This document shows, piece after piece, positions 11,682 to 12,099 of a DNA stretch of 12,099 nt. Under the pieces are notes generated by a model. That model was given only the letters and a program-made list of their open reading frames with translations, had not been told where the DNA came from and searched no databases. Origin of the DNA: Thermoproteaceae archaeon (lineage in GTDB: Archaea; Thermoproteota; Thermoprotei; Thermoproteales; Thermoproteaceae); contig JAJHRB010000047.1 of assembly GCA_020833025.1 (NCBI GenBank), positions 1-12,099 on the forward strand, given 5' to 3'. Position 1 is the first letter of the stretch. Each line of letters starts with the position of its first letter. Both the position numbers and the translations under genes were made by a program.

Positions 11682-11970
11682 TGGAGCCGCCGCACGGTCT
11701 CGAAATCTGTGGCACGTTTTCACGCCCCCTCGTGACGGTCCCGCCAGCTCTGCGGACTCTGGAGTGCGTGCGGGGCGTTGAGCTGCTAGCGCGATTGGGG
11801 CAATGCCGGAGGGCTTCTCCGGGAAGACACTCAACTCCCCGCCGCTCTTCTGGGGCAGGAGGCCCCGGGACGCCATAGGCCTCCCGGGGCTCGGCGGCGG
11901 GGCGGCGCGGCCGTGCAAATTACGCCAGCGCGGTCTAGATAGAGGTGGGCAGCAGTGCAGTAGCCTATCC
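11682..11970 (-). ncRNA. Candidate structured non-coding RNA of unknown family (unverified)
   Basis: ~70% GC (hand count 11681-11940), several nested 5-11 bp stems, no credible ORF, orphan TATA at 12000-11993 on -. No SRP RNA, RNase P or tRNA consensus matched. Confidence 0.2.
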
Positions 11971-11992
11971 GTGCGCCGTGGTGCTGCTGGGG

Positions 11993-12004
11993 TTAATAAA
12001 TATT
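11993..12004. promoter_or_regulatory. Orphan TATA-like element (TTAATAAATATT; TTTATTAA on -)
   Basis: The minus-strand core TTATTAA is identical to the rtcB promoter core. No ATG at the expected distance on either strand; a + GTG at 12028 opens only 21 codons. Confidence 0.4.
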
Positions 12005-12099
12005 CGAAGCAGCGCTAAGCGCGAGCGGTGCAGAAAAAGAGCGGATTGGGGCCTCGCCGTCTGCAGCAATTCGTCAAGGCGCCTCTGCGCTAACATTAC

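Noticed and set aside
457-11695. Many antisense or alternate-frame ORFs in the track (e.g. 457-675, 2167-2490, 3254-3556, 3812-4336, 6705-7064, 9581-9961, 10370-10933, 11396-11695)
   Set aside because: They overlap confidently identified genes, lack recognisable motifs, and are expected shadows in GC-rich DNA.
11678-12099. SRP RNA or RNase P RNA next to srp54
   Set aside because: No helix-8 AGG/GNRA/AGCA motif and no Alu UGUAA. A P4-like GAG(U)CCGC/GCGGCUC pair exists, but its strands are only ~60 nt apart and lack the GAGGAA and ACAGAA-adjacent conserved regions.
11965-12099. Minus-strand reading ...MLAQRRLDELLQTARP...AHG* as the end of a gene entering from the right edge
   Set aside because: Only ~44 codons visible, runs through a TATA-like AT tract, no motif; cannot be supported from this window.
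1-12099. CRISPR array, transposase/IS, rRNA or canonical tRNA genes
   Set aside because: No regularly spaced repeats or transposase motifs; TTCGA/TTCAA hits lie inside CDSs or lack a valid cloverleaf.

Overview
Archaeal housekeeping region, most likely from a GC-rich Thermoproteaceae (Pyrobaculum/Thermoproteus-like) genome; this is inferred from the protein sequences and the leaderless TATA-start spacing. Gene order: a partial gene and a doubtful small ORF (-), rpl10e overlapping a DUF2192-like gene (+), HD-domain hydrolase (-), gatD (-), rtcB interrupted by a 470-aa LAGLIDADG intein (+), a proteasome beta subunit lacking the catalytic Thr1 (+), RsmB/NOP2 RNA m5C methyltransferase (-), single-domain KaiC-like ATPase (+) and srp54 (+). 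The only clear mobile element is the RtcB intein. No CRISPR array, transposase, rRNA or canonical tRNA is visible. The unexplained part is the non-coding DNA: five or six spacers are as GC-rich as or richer than most coding samples (65-78% by hand count) and contain many stems. The best candidate is a ~290-nt nested-stem block downstream of srp54 with an orphan TATA box pointing into it. I cannot establish a wholly new system from sequence alone; the ncRNA candidates are hypotheses.
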